Under the pieces are notes generated by a model that was given only the letters and a program-made list of their open reading frames with translations, did no database searches and was not told the DNA's origin. Positions 63,759-64,000 of a stretch of DNA of 64,000 nucleotides are shown here, in pieces (positions within the stretch are counted from its first letter, which is position 1; the number at the start of each line of letters is the position of its first letter). Source of the DNA: Selaginella moellendorffii (Eukaryota > Plantae > Lycopodiophyta); the NCBI RefSeq assembly GCF_000143415.4, contig NW_003314270.1:2697668-2761667 (forward strand), given 5' to 3'. Made by a program: the position numbers and the translations under genes.

Positions 63759-64000
63759 GAAGTCGGTTGGGCTTTCGGTGGCTAAATAACAAGATAACCT
63801 TTTAACAAACTCTCGAGAGAAGAGAGAAGAAGAGAAGGTTGACGTGTCTGACATGAATCTCTCCAGCACGGCAATCCAAGCGACAGGTACTTTATTTATT
63901 TTTTATATGCTTCACTTTAAACGTTTCTCGAGGACTAATATACCAAAATTCTACTGTGGAGGGGAGCTCTTCCACTGCAGACGTATCCTTGAGAGTCCCT

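Overview
Gene-dense plant nuclear DNA with very short introns (about 50-70 nt) and tiny intergenic spacers. It is most consistent with a lycophyte such as Selaginella; this is an inference from gene structure and content. About 34-64 kb and 9-19 kb carry mostly conserved housekeeping genes: ISWI, a thiamine-PP carrier, LSD1, ACLB, a RING E3, KNL2, RPS23, a CID protein, ASCC1, primase large subunit, F-box/Kelch, TMEM19 and tRNA-Ala. About 1-8.6 kb and 19.8-33.4 kb form a rearranged accessory zone. It is built from repeated copies of a three-gene cassette (secreted dirigent/AOC-barrel-like protein, intronless minimal Ser/Thr kinase, small PGG-like multipass membrane protein), plus gene-fragment mosaics and a TRIM retroelement with an internal hairpin. 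Highlights: (1) an intronless fungal Dit1-type isocyanide synthase beside a BAHD acyltransferase and a kinase copy; (2) the recurring cassette, whose membrane protein has a hypervariable loop; (3) an in-frame MTI-MTK methionine-salvage fusion; (4) a circularly permuted ATP-grasp-like ligase; (5) a stand-alone BtaB-like betaine-lipid methyltransferase; (6) a membrane-anchored hevein protein. Spliced gene coordinates are start-to-stop spans read by eye.
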